Origin: a virus
Taxonomy: Duplodnaviria; Caudoviricetes
Virus record (IMG/VR): IMGVR_UViG_3300022936_000022
Location: 1 to 34,519 of that record
DNA length: 34,519 bases
Direction: 5' to 3' (one strand)
Shown: positions 33,879-34,519 of the stretch, piece after piece
Layout: every line of letters starts with the position of its first letter
Numbering within the stretch: position 1 is the stretch's first letter
The notes under the pieces: generated by a model
Databases searched by the model: none
Seen by the model: only the letters and a program-made list of their open reading frames with translations
What the model was told of the DNA's origin: nothing
Made by a program: the position numbers and the translations under genes

Positions 33879-34144
33879 ACTGCAAGCCTGGAGATTTGGC
33901 TATTACTGTCTGCAGTACGAACAACAACCAGGGCAAGATTGTGACTGTGGGTCGATGGCTTGGAAAAGTGCGCGGATGGGTTGGCGATGACCGTTGGGAA
34001 ATAAACGTTGAACTACCAGGGAGGCTAGGCGGTAGTGGGGCGCATTACAGAGACTCTTATATGCGGCCAATCACGCCGCCTCCCGGCTCCGTCACCGAAT
34101 CCGAAGTAACCGCCCTGTACAACCCAACGAAGGAGACAGCATGA
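33875..34144 (+). CDS. Hypothetical SH3/KOW-like small beta-barrel protein
   Basis: MNCKPGDLA.......N.GKIV.V ... D...RPI pattern; AGGAGG RBS. Confidence 0.75.
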   Translation: MNCKPGDLAITVCSTNNNQGKIVTVGRWLGKVRGWVGDDRWEINVELPGRLGGSGAHYRDSYMRPITPPPGSVTESEVTALYNPTKETA

Positions 34145-34413
34145 CAGACATCCCCATCACAGACGAAACACCGCAGCCAGACGCTAATGGATGGTTTTCG
34201 ATTGATAGCGCTCCAAAAGGCGCCGATCTTTTGTTATACGGCCCCGCCGTTATTTGGCAAGGCTCCATGGAATTTATGACATTGGGGCAAGGCGGCTGGG
34301 ACCCAGACGAAAAAAGATGGATGCTGTGTATGTATGACGATTCCGGCAAAACCATTTACTTCGACCCGAGCCACTGGCAGCCGCTACCCAACTCTCCTGA
34401 AAGCGCAAAATGA
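34141..34413 (+). CDS. DUF551-like protein
   Basis: W..IDSAPK.G..LL ... PSHWQPLP..P motifs; AAGGAG RBS. Confidence 0.8.
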   Translation: MTDIPITDETPQPDANGWFSIDSAPKGADLLLYGPAVIWQGSMEFMTLGQGGWDPDEKRWMLCMYDDSGKTIYFDPSHWQPLPNSPESAK

Positions 34414-34519
34414 CCAAAACCGACCGCCTCAAGAAGCTGCTACGCCGTGGCTGCACGGCATACGAAATATGCACGGTGATGGGCACGGTAAGCCCACATC
34501 GGCGCATGTTCGAGTTAAA
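34410..34519 (+). CDS. Partial (3'-truncated) putative HTH protein
   Basis: MTKTDRLKKLLRRGCTAYEICTVMGTVSPHRRMFEL..., ATGA coupling, open to the window edge. Confidence 0.6.
   Translation, partial: MTKTDRLKKLLRRGCTAYEICTVMGTVSPHRRMFEL

Noticed and set aside
1-34519. Diversity-generating retroelement, retron, CRISPR array, tRNA or recoded stop codons
   Set aside because: No reverse transcriptase, no adenine-specific TR/VR pair, no regularly spaced repeat-spacer array, no T-loop/anticodon cloverleaf found by eye; TAA, TAG and TGA all end genes normally.

Overview
The window is most of the genome of a short-tailed (podovirus-like) dsDNA phage with lambdoid/P22-like gene order, standard genetic code and GC-rich sequence; a Betaproteobacterial or similar Gram-negative host is inferred, not shown. 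The + strand (1-23.9 kb) carries a nin-like region (NinB, DUF2829/Tad2-like, NinG), small and large terminase, portal, a LamG-like appendage gene, scaffold, major capsid, head-tail and fibre genes, a P22 gp10-like hub, three DNA-ejection proteins, a tail fibre/spike and a five-gene lysis cassette. The - strand (24.0-32.4 kb) is an early left arm: HAD_SAK-like phosphatase, a mosaic MazG-like protein, an SPFH protein, YqaJ-type exonuclease with a non-canonical partner and many small ORFs. From 32.67 kb a rightward early arm starts with a Cro-like HTH gene. No integrase, CI repressor, Q or N antiterminator or replication gene is recognisable in the window. The most unusual signals are non-coding: a ~360-nt promoter-headed structured RNA candidate with crossed A-B-A'-B' pairings (31010-31402), a c4-like three-way-junction RNA (28969-29034), back-to-back divergent promoters with operators but no cI gene between them, an operator-bearing promoter in front of the portal, and tandem G.G-mismatch hairpins in front of the scaffold gene. 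All family calls come from motif recognition and gene order; no database search was run.
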